Counted from the first letter of the stretch, positions 11,338 to 21,635 are shown. The stretch is 64,000 nucleotides of DNA from Fibrobacteria bacterium (GCA_041746255.1 JBGTHM010000019.1:32001-96000), one strand, 5' to 3'. Program-made: numbers and translations. The notes: a model not told the origin generated them from the sequence alone.

Positions 11338-11514
11338 CTTGCTCTCCTGCGACTGTGGGAACCGTCCCTACTTTTATTCTCCCACATCGCACACCTCTTT
11401 GCCAACATCATTTTACGCTCACTTGGCAAAGGGCGCATACGGTTTTTAAGGAACCACCGAATTTTGCTAAGTTTAAGGTTTGGCTTTCCCTCTCTCCCTT
11501 CAGAAAAGGCTTAA

Positions 11515-12336
11515 ATGGCGACTTTGCCGGAAAAAATTCAAGAAGCGAAAATTTATTTGCAAAAAAAAGTGGAGGGTCACTTCGATATTGCCGTTATTCT
11601 CGGAACGGGCCTGGGATCTTTCGCCAACTCGCTGGAAATCACTGCTCAGATAGCCTTCGAGGAAATTCCCCATTTCGCCAAGACTACAGCCGACCACCAC
11701 GCCGGCCAATTGGTGTTCGGAACCTTGGGCGGAAAAAAAGTGGCGGTCATGCAAGGCCGCTACCATTTTTATGAAGGGTTTACCCTGGAACAAATCGCTT
11801 TTCCAGTGCGGGTTTTAAAAGCCATGGGTGCGGAAACCTTGGTTGTTTCCAATATCGCGGGAGGCGTCAATCCCCAATTCCGTATCGGCGACTTAATGCT
11901 GATTACCGACCATATCAATCTGTTGGGTACCAATCCCCTTATCGGCCCCAATTTCGAGGAGCTTGGCCCGCGTTTTCCCGACATGTCGGAACCCTATAAA
12001 CGCACTCATATTAATCGCATGCAGGAAATCGCCCTCGAAGCGAAATTGCCTTTGCAAAAAGGGGTGTATGCCTGCATGAGCGGGCCTGCTTTGGAAACAG
12101 CCGCCGAATACCGTATGCTGCGTACTCTCGGCGCGGATGCCGTGGGCATGTCCACCGTGCCCGAAGTCATAACGGCCGTGCATGCGGGCATGCAGGTGCT
12201 GGGCCTCTCGCTCATCACCGACGTTTGCCTTCCCGATAATCTGCAACCCATCAATGTGCCCGAAATCCTCGCGACCGCGGCCAAAGCCGAGCCCCAAATC
12301 GCGCAACTCATCCGGGGTTTCGTCGCCTCGCTTTAG
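11515..12336 (+). CDS. punA: Purine nucleoside phosphorylase I (trimeric)
   Basis: ILGTGLG, QGRYHFYEG, GPRFPDMS, GPALETAAE, GMSTVPE. Confidence 0.95.
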   Translation: MATLPEKIQEAKIYLQKKVEGHFDIAVILGTGLGSFANSLEITAQIAFEEIPHFAKTTADHHAGQLVFGTLGGKKVAVMQGRYHFYEGFTLEQIAFPVRVLKAMGAETLVVSNIAGGVNPQFRIGDLMLITDHINLLGTNPLIGPNFEELGPRFPDMSEPYKRTHINRMQEIALEAKLPLQKGVYACMSGPALETAAEYRMLRTLGADAVGMSTVPEVITAVHAGMQVLGLSLITDVCLPDNLQPINVPEILATAAKAEPQIAQLIRGFVASL

Positions 12337-12372
12337 GCGGCATCCCTTAAAGGCTCCGAAGGAATTCTGAAC

Positions 12373-15300
12373 ATGTTTCGCGAAATCGATAAATCCCAGG
12401 CTTTCCCCGAAATGGAAAAGCGCATCCTGAAACTCTGGGAAGACGAACACGCCTTTCAGAAAAGCATTGAACTGCGTTCGCGGGACAAGGCTTTCGTCTT
12501 CAATGACGGCCCGCCTTTCGCCACCGGTCTTCCGCATTACGGCCACCTGCTCGCGGGCACCATCAAGGATATCATTCCCCGCTACTGGACCATGAAAGGT
12601 TATCGCGTCGAACGGCGTTTCGGTTGGGATTGCCATGGGCTGCCCATCGAAAGCCTTATCCAGGACAGATTGAACCTGACTACCGTCAAGGATATCCGCG
12701 AACACGGCGTGGACAAATTCAACGAAGCCTGCCGCGCGGGCGTGTTGCAATATACGCGTGAGTGGCGTGACACCGTGCGCAAAATGGGACGCTGGGTCGA
12801 TTTCGAAAACGAATACAAAACCATGGATCGCCCTTTCATGGAATCGGTGTGGTGGGTATTCAAACAGTGTTTCGACAAAGGCCTGATTTACCAAGGCTAT
12901 CGTATCCAGCCTTACAGCCCCGCCTTGGCGACGTCGCTCTCCAATTTCGAAGTGAACCAAGGCTATCGCGATCGACAGGATCCTTCCGTCACGCTGACCT
13001 TTCCTTTGGAGGGAGAGGACGCGAGTCTATTGGTGTGGACGACTACACCTTGGACCTTGCCGAGCAATCTCGCCGTAGCCGTGCATCCCGAACTGGAATA
13101 CGCGCTGGTTAAGTCCGAAGGCAAAAAATACTGGATTGCCGAAGCGCGTCGCTCCGCCTATTTCGGTGAAGGCTGCCAGGTGTTGGAGAAAAAATCCGGC
13201 GCCGCGCTTGTGGGACGCAAATACCAGCCCTTGTTCCCATACGCGCCGATTCTGTCGCCCAAGCAATACACCCTGCTGGCGGCCGATTTCGTCAGCGCTG
13301 AAGACGGTACCGGCGCCGTGCATATCGCGCCTTCTTTCGGCGAAGAGGATTTTCAACTGGGAAGCCAGGAAGGACTGGGTCTTTTCGACCCCCTGGATGC
13401 CGACGGTAAATTCACGGATGTTACTCCCCCTTGGCAGGGCAAAGGCGCGAAAGACGCGGACAAGGATATCTTGCATGCCTTAAAAGCCGAAGGGCGAGTC
13501 TTCAAGCATGAAACCCTGGTGCATAGCTATCCCCATTGCTGGCGCACCGACGTGCCCTTGCTTTATCGCGCCTTGAAAACCTGGTTTCTCGATTTGGGCC
13601 GGGAAATCACCGATGCCGAGGGCGAAACCAAAACCCTGAAAGAATGGATGATATCCTGCAATCAGGAAATCAATTGGGTGCCGGAGCATATCAAAAACGG
13701 GCGCTTCGGCAAATGGCTGGAAGGCGCGCGTGATTGGAATCTCTCGCGGAACCGCTTCTGGGGCACCTGCCTCCCGGTTTGGATAGCCGAAGATGGCGAC
13801 ATGCTGTGCCTGGGAAGCGTGGCCGAACTGGAGGCCCTAACCGGCCAAAAGGTGGATGACCTGCATATGCATATCGTGGATGCCTTGGAAGTCAGAACCA
13901 GCGACAAAAAGGTATTCGATCCGGATGGGAAGGTTTACCGACGTACTCCCGAAGTACTCGACTGCTGGTTCGAATCGGGGGCCATGCCCTATGCCCAACC
14001 GCATTATCCTTTCGAGAACAAGGAAAAATTCGAGCATAACTTTCCCGCCGATTTTATCGCCGAAGGTCTCGACCAGACCCGGGGATGGTTTTACACGCTG
14101 ACGGTTTTGGGAGCGGCGCTTTTTCAAAAGCCCGCTTTTACAAATGTCATCGTAAACGGCATTATCCTCGCCGAAGACGGCCAGAAAATGTCGAAGCGCC
14201 TGAAAAACTATCCCGACCCCAATCACCTCATCGAGCTGACCTCCGCCGATGCCATCCGGCTTTTCATGATCGATTCGGCGGCGGTTAAAGGCGAGGAACT
14301 CCGCTTCAGCGAAGTGGGCGTGAGGAATATCGTCCGCAGCGTGCTTTTGCCGCTGTGGAATAGCCTGGCCTTGATGGTGACTTATGCCAATGCCGACAAG
14401 GCCAAGGGGCAATTGACCTGGCGTCCCGGCGACTCCGTGGCTGCTACCCATGAGCTGGACCAGTGGATCCTGTCCGATTTACAACAGCTGTTGGGTCGTG
14501 TACGCACCGAAATGGACGCCTATCGCCTGTATAATGTGGTTCCGGCGGTATTGGAATTTATCGACGATTTGACCAATTGGTATATCCGTCGCTCCAGGCG
14601 TCGCTTTTGGAAATCCGAAAACGATCAGGATAAGAATTCCGCTTATGCGACGCTGTACCGGGTCCTGGTGGATTTTTCCAAAGTGCTGGCTCCCTTCCTT
14701 CCCTTTCTCGCGGAGGAAATCTACCAGATTCTGGTGCGGGAATCCGAAGGCGGTCTTGAGGCGCCGGCTTCGGTGCACCACTGCCTGCTCCCGGAAGTGG
14801 ACGGCGATTTGCTGAAGCCATCGCTCAACGCCAAGATGCAGTTGGTAAGGGGTGCAGTGATGTCGGGTCGGGCGTTACGCGCTCACCACAACTTGAAAAA
14901 CCGGCAGCCCTTGGCGAATTTCACCATAGTGGTTCGCAACGCCGAACAAAAGCGGGCGATGGAATCGATGGAAGAGCTTATCCGGGACGAGCTCAACGTG
15001 AAGCAGGTGGAGGTTTCTCTCGACGAATCGGCTTTTGTGACCTATTCAGCCAAAGCCAACTTCAAAAACCTGGGCGCTCGTCTGGGAAAAAGGATGAAGG
15101 AAGCGGCTCAAGGAATTTCTGCCTTGACCCATGCCCAAATTCGAGAGATTTTGGGGGGGACGACTTTCTCCCTGAAATTGGAAGGTGGCGCGGTGGAAAT
15201 AGGTGTGGATGATTTGCAGGTGGTTCGGGAAGTCAAGGGTGGGTTGGTGGTGGAAGCCAATGCCGAGACCACGGTGGCTTTGGATACGACCCTGACGCAG

Positions 15301-15573
15301 GAGCTGCGGCTGGAGATGGTGGCGCGGGAATGCGTCAGCCGAATTCAGAACCTGCGCAAGGAAACCGGCTTAGACGTCATCGATCGCATTGATTTAGAGG
15401 TAAAAACCGACTCGGAGCTGATACGGGCGGCCATGGAGGCCCATAAGACGTATATTTCCAGCGAAGTTTTGGCGGATAAATTGACTTTCTCTCCCCTAAA
15501 ATCGGACAATGACGCAAATATTACGCTGATTGAAGGGGAAAAAGCGCTTTTTTCGGTGAGCAAAAAAGTCTAG
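12373..15573 (+). CDS. ileS: Isoleucine--tRNA ligase (type 2, IleRS2)
   Basis: DGPPFATGLPHYGH, GWDCHGLP, WTTTPWTLPSN, EGLDQTRGWFY, KMSKR; 1066 aa. Confidence 0.98.
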   Translation: MFREIDKSQAFPEMEKRILKLWEDEHAFQKSIELRSRDKAFVFNDGPPFATGLPHYGHLLAGTIKDIIPRYWTMKGYRVERRFGWDCHGLPIESLIQDRLNLTTVKDIREHGVDKFNEACRAGVLQYTREWRDTVRKMGRWVDFENEYKTMDRPFMESVWWVFKQCFDKGLIYQGYRIQPYSPALATSLSNFEVNQGYRDRQDPSVTLTFPLEGEDASLLVWTTTPWTLPSNLAVAVHPELEYALVKSEGKKYWIAEARRSAYFGEGCQVLEKKSGAALVGRKYQPLFPYAPILSPKQYTLLAADFVSAEDGTGAVHIAPSFGEEDFQLGSQEGLGLFDPLDADGKFTDVTPPWQGKGAKDADKDILHALKAEGRVFKHETLVHSYPHCWRTDVPLLYRALKTWFLDLGREITDAEGETKTLKEWMISCNQEINWVPEHIKNGRFGKWLEGARDWNLSRNRFWGTCLPVWIAEDGDMLCLGSVAELEALTGQKVDDLHMHIVDALEVRTSDKKVFDPDGKVYRRTPEVLDCWFESGAMPYAQPHYPFENKEKFEHNFPADFIAEGLDQTRGWFYTLTVLGAALFQKPAFTNVIVNGIILAEDGQKMSKRLKNYPDPNHLIELTSADAIRLFMIDSAAVKGEELRFSEVGVRNIVRSVLLPLWNSLALMVTYANADKAKGQLTWRPGDSVAATHELDQWILSDLQQLLGRVRTEMDAYRLYNVVPAVLEFIDDLTNWYIRRSRRRFWKSENDQDKNSAYATLYRVLVDFSKVLAPFLPFLAEEIYQILVRESEGGLEAPASVHHCLLPEVDGDLLKPSLNAKMQLVRGAVMSGRALRAHHNLKNRQPLANFTIVVRNAEQKRAMESMEELIRDELNVKQVEVSLDESAFVTYSAKANFKNLGARLGKRMKEAAQGISALTHAQIREILGGTTFSLKLEGGAVEIGVDDLQVVREVKGGLVVEANAETTVALDTTLTQELRLEMVARECVSRIQNLRKETGLDVIDRIDLEVKTDSELIRAAMEAHKTYISSEVLADKLTFSPLKSDNDANITLIEGEKALFSVSKKV

Positions 15574-15578
15574 TTTAT

Positions 15579-16088
15579 GTGCCGTTTGGCGACCCTGAAA
15601 GGATGTTTTGGATGAAAAAGAATGAGCAAGAAAAAGGTAAGGAGAACGCAAAATCCGCCTGCATCGCCAAACGAAAAGCCGGGGATCCCAACAGCTGGAC
15701 CAAAAAGGATTTGGCCAATTTCGAGAAACTGCTCAATGAGAAAAAAGAAGAGCTGATTCAGGAATTGGGCTATCTGGAAGCCAATTCCATGCGCCTCAAC
15801 AGCCGGGAAGGGGCCGGCGATTTGTCCAGCCATGCCTATCATTTGGCCGACCATGCTACCGAAACTCAGGACCGGGAACAGGCCTTTTACATGGCCAGCC
15901 GCGAAGGCAAATTCCTGTATTATATCGAAGAGGCGCTTGACCGCATCCGCAACGGCAAGTTCGGTCTATGCAAAGGCTGCGGTTTGGGCATTCCTCGCGC
16001 CCGCCTGGAAGCCGTGCCTACGGCTACCATGTGCGTGGAATACAAGCAGTTGCTCGAAAAGGAGAAACTGAACAGCGAAAAGGCGTGA
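15579..16088 (+). CDS. DksA/TraR family protein (start may be ATG 15612)
   Basis: Coiled coil with HLADHA tip; EEALDRI..G.FGLCKGCGLGIPRARLEAVPTATMCVEY. Confidence 0.9.
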   Translation: MPFGDPERMFWMKKNEQEKGKENAKSACIAKRKAGDPNSWTKKDLANFEKLLNEKKEELIQELGYLEANSMRLNSREGAGDLSSHAYHLADHATETQDREQAFYMASREGKFLYYIEEALDRIRNGKFGLCKGCGLGIPRARLEAVPTATMCVEYKQLLEKEKLNSEKA

Positions 16089-16182
16089 TTTTTTCGCTTA
16101 AACCCTCCAATCCCGGTTCTTGGTAAAAAGAACGTGCCTTCAGCAGCTTCCGAAGGCTATCATAGGGCATTAAGGAGGGGAT

Positions 16183-16524
16183 ATGCGCGCCGAGCACCGA
16201 TCAACACCTCGATGGCCCTCCGAGGCGGGGGCGCGAGTAACCTTGCATAATCAGGTTTATTACTCCAATATCCTTAATGTGAATCTGGGAGGGTGTTTTT
16301 TCGAAGGCGCCTTCCCGGCCCGCGTATCCGACATCATACAGATATCCAGCGACCATAATCAGAACATTAACGGATTGCGCGCCCAGGTGGTGTGGGTTTT
16401 GAACGAACCGGATATCCAGGGAATCGGCGTGAAGTTCGAACCTATCGACGAACAGCAACAATTCGAGCTCATCAAATGGTTCAACGCCATGGTGCCGGCG
16501 CCGAATCAGATTCCCCCGCAATAA
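16183..16524 (+). CDS. Stand-alone PilZ domain protein
   Basis: EHRSTPR (RxxxR), NVNLGG (D/NxSxxG variant), AQVVW, GIGVKF; AAGGAGG RBS. Confidence 0.85.
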   Translation: MRAEHRSTPRWPSEAGARVTLHNQVYYSNILNVNLGGCFFEGAFPARVSDIIQISSDHNQNINGLRAQVVWVLNEPDIQGIGVKFEPIDEQQQFELIKWFNAMVPAPNQIPPQ

Positions 16525-16571
16525 AGAATACGTTAAAGGGGGCCGGCACCTCTCGGCATAAGCCTCTCCCG

Positions 16572-19511
16572 TTATTCCAGGAAGTAATCTCCCTCACCCG
16601 CCATCAAAGTTATTTCTTCGCCGGTTTTGGCATCGACCCAAATGATGCGGCCGCCTGACTCCTCTTTCAGGGTCACCAGAAAACCGGCTTTCCCCTCCCG
16701 GATTTTCGGAATGACCTGATCTTCGCTGCGCCAGCTCATGCGCTTGCGGTGCGTGACCTTGCGATGAAGCTCTCCTTTGAGGGTGAACTCCTGGACATCC
16801 CGCACATTGACGCCGGAGGTATATAACAGAGTTTTTCCCGAGGGATGGAAACGGAAAAAATGCGTCCGGCTTTTTTCGGTAACAGCTTGTTTCCGCCCCG
16901 AAGCCAGATCCACTTTTTGTACTTCGAAGCGGGAGTCATCGAGTGCTTGGGCCTGGTAGACCAGGCTGCGCCCATCGGGAGCCCATTCAACCGGGCCGCC
17001 AAATGCAGCTTCCTCGGCCAGGGGAACGAAATTGACCGCGCGATTATCCCCCACCCAGATACGGGCGCGGCCCTCCTCTTCTCCTTGGAGAGCCAATTGC
17101 CTGCCGTTCCCATCGAGAGCGAATCCGGAGAGTTTTTCGAAGCGTCCTTGGGTAAGATTGGTGAGTTCGCGGCCTTCCGGGTCGGTAAGAAAAAGATCGA
17201 CCTCCCCATTTTTCCGATACAGGAAGTAAAGCCTATCTTCATGCCACTGGATATGTTCCACCGTTCCGCCGTCCCGGGTCAAGGGGCGCGGCAGCGAGTC
17301 GGCGTGAAAGCGCGCCAGAAAGAGCTCCCCGGTTCCGTTTTGCGCTTCTCCCGCGAATGCGATAAGGCCGCGCCCATGGTTTAGGCGGGGAAGGCGCGGC
17401 TTGAGGCCCGGTGTGGCCAAGCGCCGGGACGAGCCTCGCAGGAGGTTGTATAAGTGCAGTCCGGGCTCTTCACCGGATTCGAGGGAGAGATAGGTGAAAA
17501 ACGGAGAGGAATAGGGATTTTTATCCGGGGGGATTTCCCAATCCTGAAAGGTGAGGACGGCGCTATGCACCAGGGCGGCCACCGTGGGATCGCTTTCTAC
17601 CGATTCATCCAGCGGAATGCGGCGATAGAGATGGGAGGCAAAACGTCCCTCCCCATCGATAAGTAAACTGACATGCCCGATATGGGAGTGTTCGGCCGGA
17701 ACGATGAGGGTACGACCCACTTCGACGGGGCTGGTGAAGATATCCGGACCGGAAAGGATGATAAGGACCAGATTGGGATTGAAGGCCACGATATCCCTGG
17801 CGTTTTGCAAAGTCCCGTTCAGCATCAGGACCCGCGGCGGCGGCTCGCCTTGTGTTCGCTCTTGCGTGCGCTGCTGGATGGCGGTGTTCGCTTCCGTCAG
17901 GTTCCAGTTCCTGACGGTTTCCGGATCCAATCCCTCCGTGTTCAGCGCGCCCCAGGCTTGCAGACGAAGTCCGCTTTTAAAGGTGAAGGTTTTCTCATGA
18001 AGGGGAATCCATTCCTTCTCGACCTCGAAAATCTGTGAATTGAGGAAAGGAAGTTTCGCCCCTTGGAGCGCGGTTTTACCTTGCGCCACTTCGGCAAACC
18101 CCGTATTGAGGGCAGCATAGGGCATTTCCGCATAAGCGGAGTAAATCACTTGCGCCAGTTGGGGACTGGAATGGCGTCCGGTCATCTCGCCCGCGTCCAA
18201 GGCTACGGCGTTGGGATAGAAACTCAGTAGTTCGCGCAATTTGGAAGCGCGTCGCGCCAAACCGCCCTGGGTATGCCCGGAGACCGAATGGGGAAGGAGA
18301 CGACCGGCGGTATTTCCGGTAAAGAAAATGGATATGGAGCGTTGGTTGAGGCGTTCGATTTCGGAGCGGCTTTGTTGGGCCAAGGCATGGGCTTTCCAAT
18401 TGGATGGGTTGAGGGCCAAGGCCTTGCGCGCCGCATGCATGGCTTTGGCGTAATCGCCAGCGCGGAATTCGCGCTCAGCTTTTTCCACCAAGCGCTCGTC
18501 TTCGGGTCGACGCTCGGAACGATGCGAATAGTTCAGGGTGAAAAGATGTTGCCTTCCCAGGGGCCCCAACGCTCTTACACCATAATCGAGAGAGAATTGC
18601 CGGTACATCAATCCAAAACCGGCGCCGAATCCAGCCAATGGACCCAGCTCGGGATCAGCGGTATTGCGGCCATAGCCGGTGCGGATCAGGAGATAAGATC
18701 CCAGGCGTCTTTCCACCCCGCCGTAAAAATGCAGCAAGCCTTCGTTCCCATGGGAGAATCCCGCCGAATAGGACCAATTGGATTCTTCCAGGGTTTTGCC
18801 GACTTCCAGGAAAAGGGTTGCGGGCAGCGGTTCGAGCGGGCCGCTTTCGCGGAAACGGATTCCATGCGAAAGGTTTTGTAGGGAAAGAGCCAGGCGGAGA
18901 TCATAGGCCAGGAAAAACAAGGCGCTGGCGCTGACGGCGTAACCATAAGCCTGCACGTCGGTGATGGCGCTTCTCAGCAGGTCGAGGCGGAGGCCGAAAC
19001 TCATTCTATCGTTTAGAACGCTGCGTCCGTAAGCCAATCCCAGGGCGATGTCGTCGGCGGAAATATCGGTGACGGGCCTTTCGTCGATATCGCGCGCGAA
19101 TTCGAATTCGGTGGCGATTAAGGCGGTGGTGCTTAAGCCCAGGTATCCTTGGCTGCCTAAGGGAGTGGCCAGGGAGAGGTTTTCATGGCGGAATTCACCC
19201 AATAATTCCGCATGGGAGAAGCTGTAATAATATCCCTGGGTGAGCGGCAGGGCGGCAGGGAAGGTGGCGACCAGGGAGGCTTCGCGTTCGGTGGTCAGTG
19301 AACGGCCTCCCATGGAAAGGCCGCGCGCACCCACAGGGAGCTTTAAAAAAGAAAGCGCAGTGGTTCCCGCCCGTTCTCCATCAAAGCCAAGAAATCCGTC
19401 GTATTGTAGCGGCGGCCCGGCCTGAGCGGGCAAGGCGATAAGGTACAGCGCCAGAAATAAGGCTGCGCTGGGGAAGGGTTGCCCACGGCATCTTTTTGTC
19501 AGTGTTGCCAC
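16572..19511 (-). CDS. Fusion protein: PorV/PorQ-like beta-barrel + TPR + degenerate 5'-nucleotidase-like domain + TolB-like propeller
   Basis: Signal peptide ending AQA; GTTALSFLKLPVGARGLSMG (PorV/PorQ N-motif); LDYGV..LG.LG..HLFTLNY barrel end; TPR AEREFRAGDY...ALALNPSN; GGLARR and LDAGE; WAPDGRSL repeats; GTG start at 19511 inferred. Confidence 0.75.
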   Translation of the reverse strand: MATLTKRCRGQPFPSAALFLALYLIALPAQAGPPLQYDGFLGFDGERAGTTALSFLKLPVGARGLSMGGRSLTTEREASLVATFPAALPLTQGYYYSFSHAELLGEFRHENLSLATPLGSQGYLGLSTTALIATEFEFARDIDERPVTDISADDIALGLAYGRSVLNDRMSFGLRLDLLRSAITDVQAYGYAVSASALFFLAYDLRLALSLQNLSHGIRFRESGPLEPLPATLFLEVGKTLEESNWSYSAGFSHGNEGLLHFYGGVERRLGSYLLIRTGYGRNTADPELGPLAGFGAGFGLMYRQFSLDYGVRALGPLGRQHLFTLNYSHRSERRPEDERLVEKAEREFRAGDYAKAMHAARKALALNPSNWKAHALAQQSRSEIERLNQRSISIFFTGNTAGRLLPHSVSGHTQGGLARRASKLRELLSFYPNAVALDAGEMTGRHSSPQLAQVIYSAYAEMPYAALNTGFAEVAQGKTALQGAKLPFLNSQIFEVEKEWIPLHEKTFTFKSGLRLQAWGALNTEGLDPETVRNWNLTEANTAIQQRTQERTQGEPPPRVLMLNGTLQNARDIVAFNPNLVLIILSGPDIFTSPVEVGRTLIVPAEHSHIGHVSLLIDGEGRFASHLYRRIPLDESVESDPTVAALVHSAVLTFQDWEIPPDKNPYSSPFFTYLSLESGEEPGLHLYNLLRGSSRRLATPGLKPRLPRLNHGRGLIAFAGEAQNGTGELFLARFHADSLPRPLTRDGGTVEHIQWHEDRLYFLYRKNGEVDLFLTDPEGRELTNLTQGRFEKLSGFALDGNGRQLALQGEEEGRARIWVGDNRAVNFVPLAEEAAFGGPVEWAPDGRSLVYQAQALDDSRFEVQKVDLASGRKQAVTEKSRTHFFRFHPSGKTLLYTSGVNVRDVQEFTLKGELHRKVTHRKRMSWRSEDQVIPKIREGKAGFLVTLKEESGGRIIWVDAKTGEEITLMAGEGDYFLE

Positions 19512-20470
19512 AAATCGGCATCTTCCCGCCGGCTCCAGAGATCCTTGGCTTCGACCAGCCATTTTTCCGCCGCCGCGAGGGGGACATCGGGTTCGGATTC
19601 GGCCTTGGTTTTCAAGTCGCTTAAAGCCTTGTCCATGAGGCTTAAATGGGATTGGCAACTTTCGGTTTCTCCCAGCCGGAGGTACAAGGCCACGATGAGA
19701 TACAGCAATTGGAATTCGGTGGCGGCGTTTTTCAATTCGCTGGTGCTGTAGCTTTTCAAACAGTATTTCACCGCCTCGCGCAGGGCTTCTTCATCGTCCT
19801 TGCCGATATCGCGCTGCAGGCGGGCGATTTTCAGGTAATACATGCCGGCTTTATACCAGGCGCTGGGCGTTTCCAGGCCCGCCTCAATAACCGCGCGCTG
19901 CGCTGCGAGCTTATAGCTGACCGTCGCCGCCGCAACACCGCGGGGTATTTGGAAAAGTTCGGCCGGATTTTTCAATTCACTCAGTAACTCGCGGCATTTT
20001 GCTTCCTTTTCTTTCAACTCTTTGACCACCCATTGGCTGAGTTGTGACTTGTTTTCAATGCGGGCCTGGATTTGCATGGTGATAAAGTCGCGTTTATCCG
20101 GAGAGGCCAGTAAACAGGTGGGGCATACCGTTACTGCGTAGAGACTGAAGTCCAGGGTTTTGAATCCTTTCAATCCCTGATAGCGGGGCACGAGAAATTT
20201 GTCCAGGGTCATCAGCATCGATTTGGATTTTAATTCATAGCAGGGGATATCGGCCTGTCCGCAAACCGGGCATTTGACGTTGATCCGGTATAAGGGATCG
20301 TCGGCGCTTCCGGCTTGAACTCCGACGGGGCGGGTAGCCTTGTCTTTGATGGTCTGCACCCATTTCATGTCCAACTTGGGACCATAGGCCTTAAGGTAGG
20401 CAACGACCAGGGCCTCATCGCGCAAGAGCACTTCCAGTTTCTTGCGTACCAGTTTATCGTCCAATGCCAT
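19499..20470 (-). CDS. DUF2225-like zinc-binding/TPR-like protein
   Basis: CPVC...Y.VTVCPTC..AS...DF, SYKLA and YLIVALYLRLG helical tail; ATG 20470 after AAGGA. Confidence 0.75.
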   Translation of the reverse strand: MALDDKLVRKKLEVLLRDEALVVAYLKAYGPKLDMKWVQTIKDKATRPVGVQAGSADDPLYRINVKCPVCGQADIPCYELKSKSMLMTLDKFLVPRYQGLKGFKTLDFSLYAVTVCPTCLLASPDKRDFITMQIQARIENKSQLSQWVVKELKEKEAKCRELLSELKNPAELFQIPRGVAAATVSYKLAAQRAVIEAGLETPSAWYKAGMYYLKIARLQRDIGKDDEEALREAVKYCLKSYSTSELKNAATEFQLLYLIVALYLRLGETESCQSHLSLMDKALSDLKTKAESEPDVPLAAAEKWLVEAKDLWSRREDADLWQH

Positions 20471-20560
20471 GTCAGTCCTTTTCGGCCTCATTACCGGAGG
20501 GTGCGATGTCGCTTCCCTCACCGGCAAGTCGGGCGGTTGGTTTAAGTATTTTTCCAGTCC

Positions 20561-21625
20561 ATGCGAGCGAGCGCGCCCCATCATTATCCCACTTGGCCCA
20601 AGGTTTTTTCAATTTTTTGCAGGTCTTTCGCTTTCCCGCTAAATGCGCTGTATTTCGTCTTTTCCGGCCTTAACCGGCAATTCTTGCGAATGGGAAGCCA
20701 AGGCGCCTTGCCGATGAATCCACCGATGATTGTGGTGGGAGCCCTGCGGACGGGCGGTTCCGGAAAAACCAGCGTAGCCATGGCCCTGGGCCGGCATTTT
20801 CAGGCGCAAGGAATGCGGGTGGCCATTTTGGCTTATTGGATGAAAGAGCCGCGCTTGCGGGGGCTTGTTCCGGGTTCCTCAATCTTGAGCTCACCTTTGT
20901 TTGAATTAAAGGATGGAATGGTTTGGCGGGAAGCTTCCGACGAAGCCCTATTGATACAGCGCAAGATTGGAGCGCCGGTTTTTCTCACGCGGAATCGATG
21001 GGCGGCCTGGAAGGAGTTGGAAAAATGCGGTACTGGGTCGGGGGATGGGCCAGGTGGTATGGACTTCGATGTGGTGGTTTCGGACGATGGCTTCCAGGAT
21101 GTGCGGCTAAAAGGAGCTTTCCACCTGCTTTTACGAAAACCCGGGGAGAAGGTTCGCTACCGGGATTTGTTGCCCGCCGGGAATTTCCGCGAGGGAGAGA
21201 GCGCGGCCGGCCGCGCACATTGCGTGGCCTGGGAGTGGGAAGAAGAAGAGTTCAACGAGGAGGGCTACGGTTTTTGCCGGGAGCTGAGCTTTCCCGACGG
21301 CGTGGTTGGGAAGGTGGGAGTAATCTGCGGGCTTCCCCAACCCGATATTTTCGTGGAGGCGCTGGAGAAAAAAGGATTAAGGGTGGAGGCGTTGTTGCGG
21401 GGGCAGAACCATTGCGCTTTCGAACCCAAGAGGCTGGAGCGATTCTTGAACCAGTGGGGGCATTTACCGCTTTTATGCAGTGAGAAAGATTGGGAGAAAC
21501 TGCCTGCTTACGCCAAACCACAGGTAAGTTCCGTGACGCAGGAGATTCGTCTCAGCCGGGCTTTGCTGAGGCTTGTGGATGAGGCCGTCGTGGCAAGTCC
21601 GCTCCGGCGATGTTTGGTACATTAG
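20561..21625 (+). CDS. lpxK: Tetraacyldisaccharide 4'-kinase
   Basis: IVVGALRTGGSGKT, SDEALLI, DDGFQ, LLPAGNFRE, CSEKDWEK; start uncertain. Confidence 0.88.
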   Translation: MRASAPHHYPTWPKVFSIFCRSFAFPLNALYFVFSGLNRQFLRMGSQGALPMNPPMIVVGALRTGGSGKTSVAMALGRHFQAQGMRVAILAYWMKEPRLRGLVPGSSILSSPLFELKDGMVWREASDEALLIQRKIGAPVFLTRNRWAAWKELEKCGTGSGDGPGGMDFDVVVSDDGFQDVRLKGAFHLLLRKPGEKVRYRDLLPAGNFREGESAAGRAHCVAWEWEEEEFNEEGYGFCRELSFPDGVVGKVGVICGLPQPDIFVEALEKKGLRVEALLRGQNHCAFEPKRLERFLNQWGHLPLLCSEKDWEKLPAYAKPQVSSVTQEIRLSRALLRLVDEAVVASPLRRCLVH

Positions 21626-21635
21626 AACCCGGTTT

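Noticed and set aside
11893..12960. 355-aa antisense ORF and similar long shadow ORFs (6082-6858, 45752-46603, 36311-37168)
   Set aside because: They overlap well-supported genes; expected from GC-rich codon bias
18240..18330. Selenocysteine recoding in the UshA-like domain
   Set aside because: The frame is open with no TGA; the Cys/Sec position reads PHSV
19512..19658. N-terminal extension of the 1028-aa ORF
   Set aside because: Overlaps the DUF2225 gene; the signal peptide position favours a start near 19511
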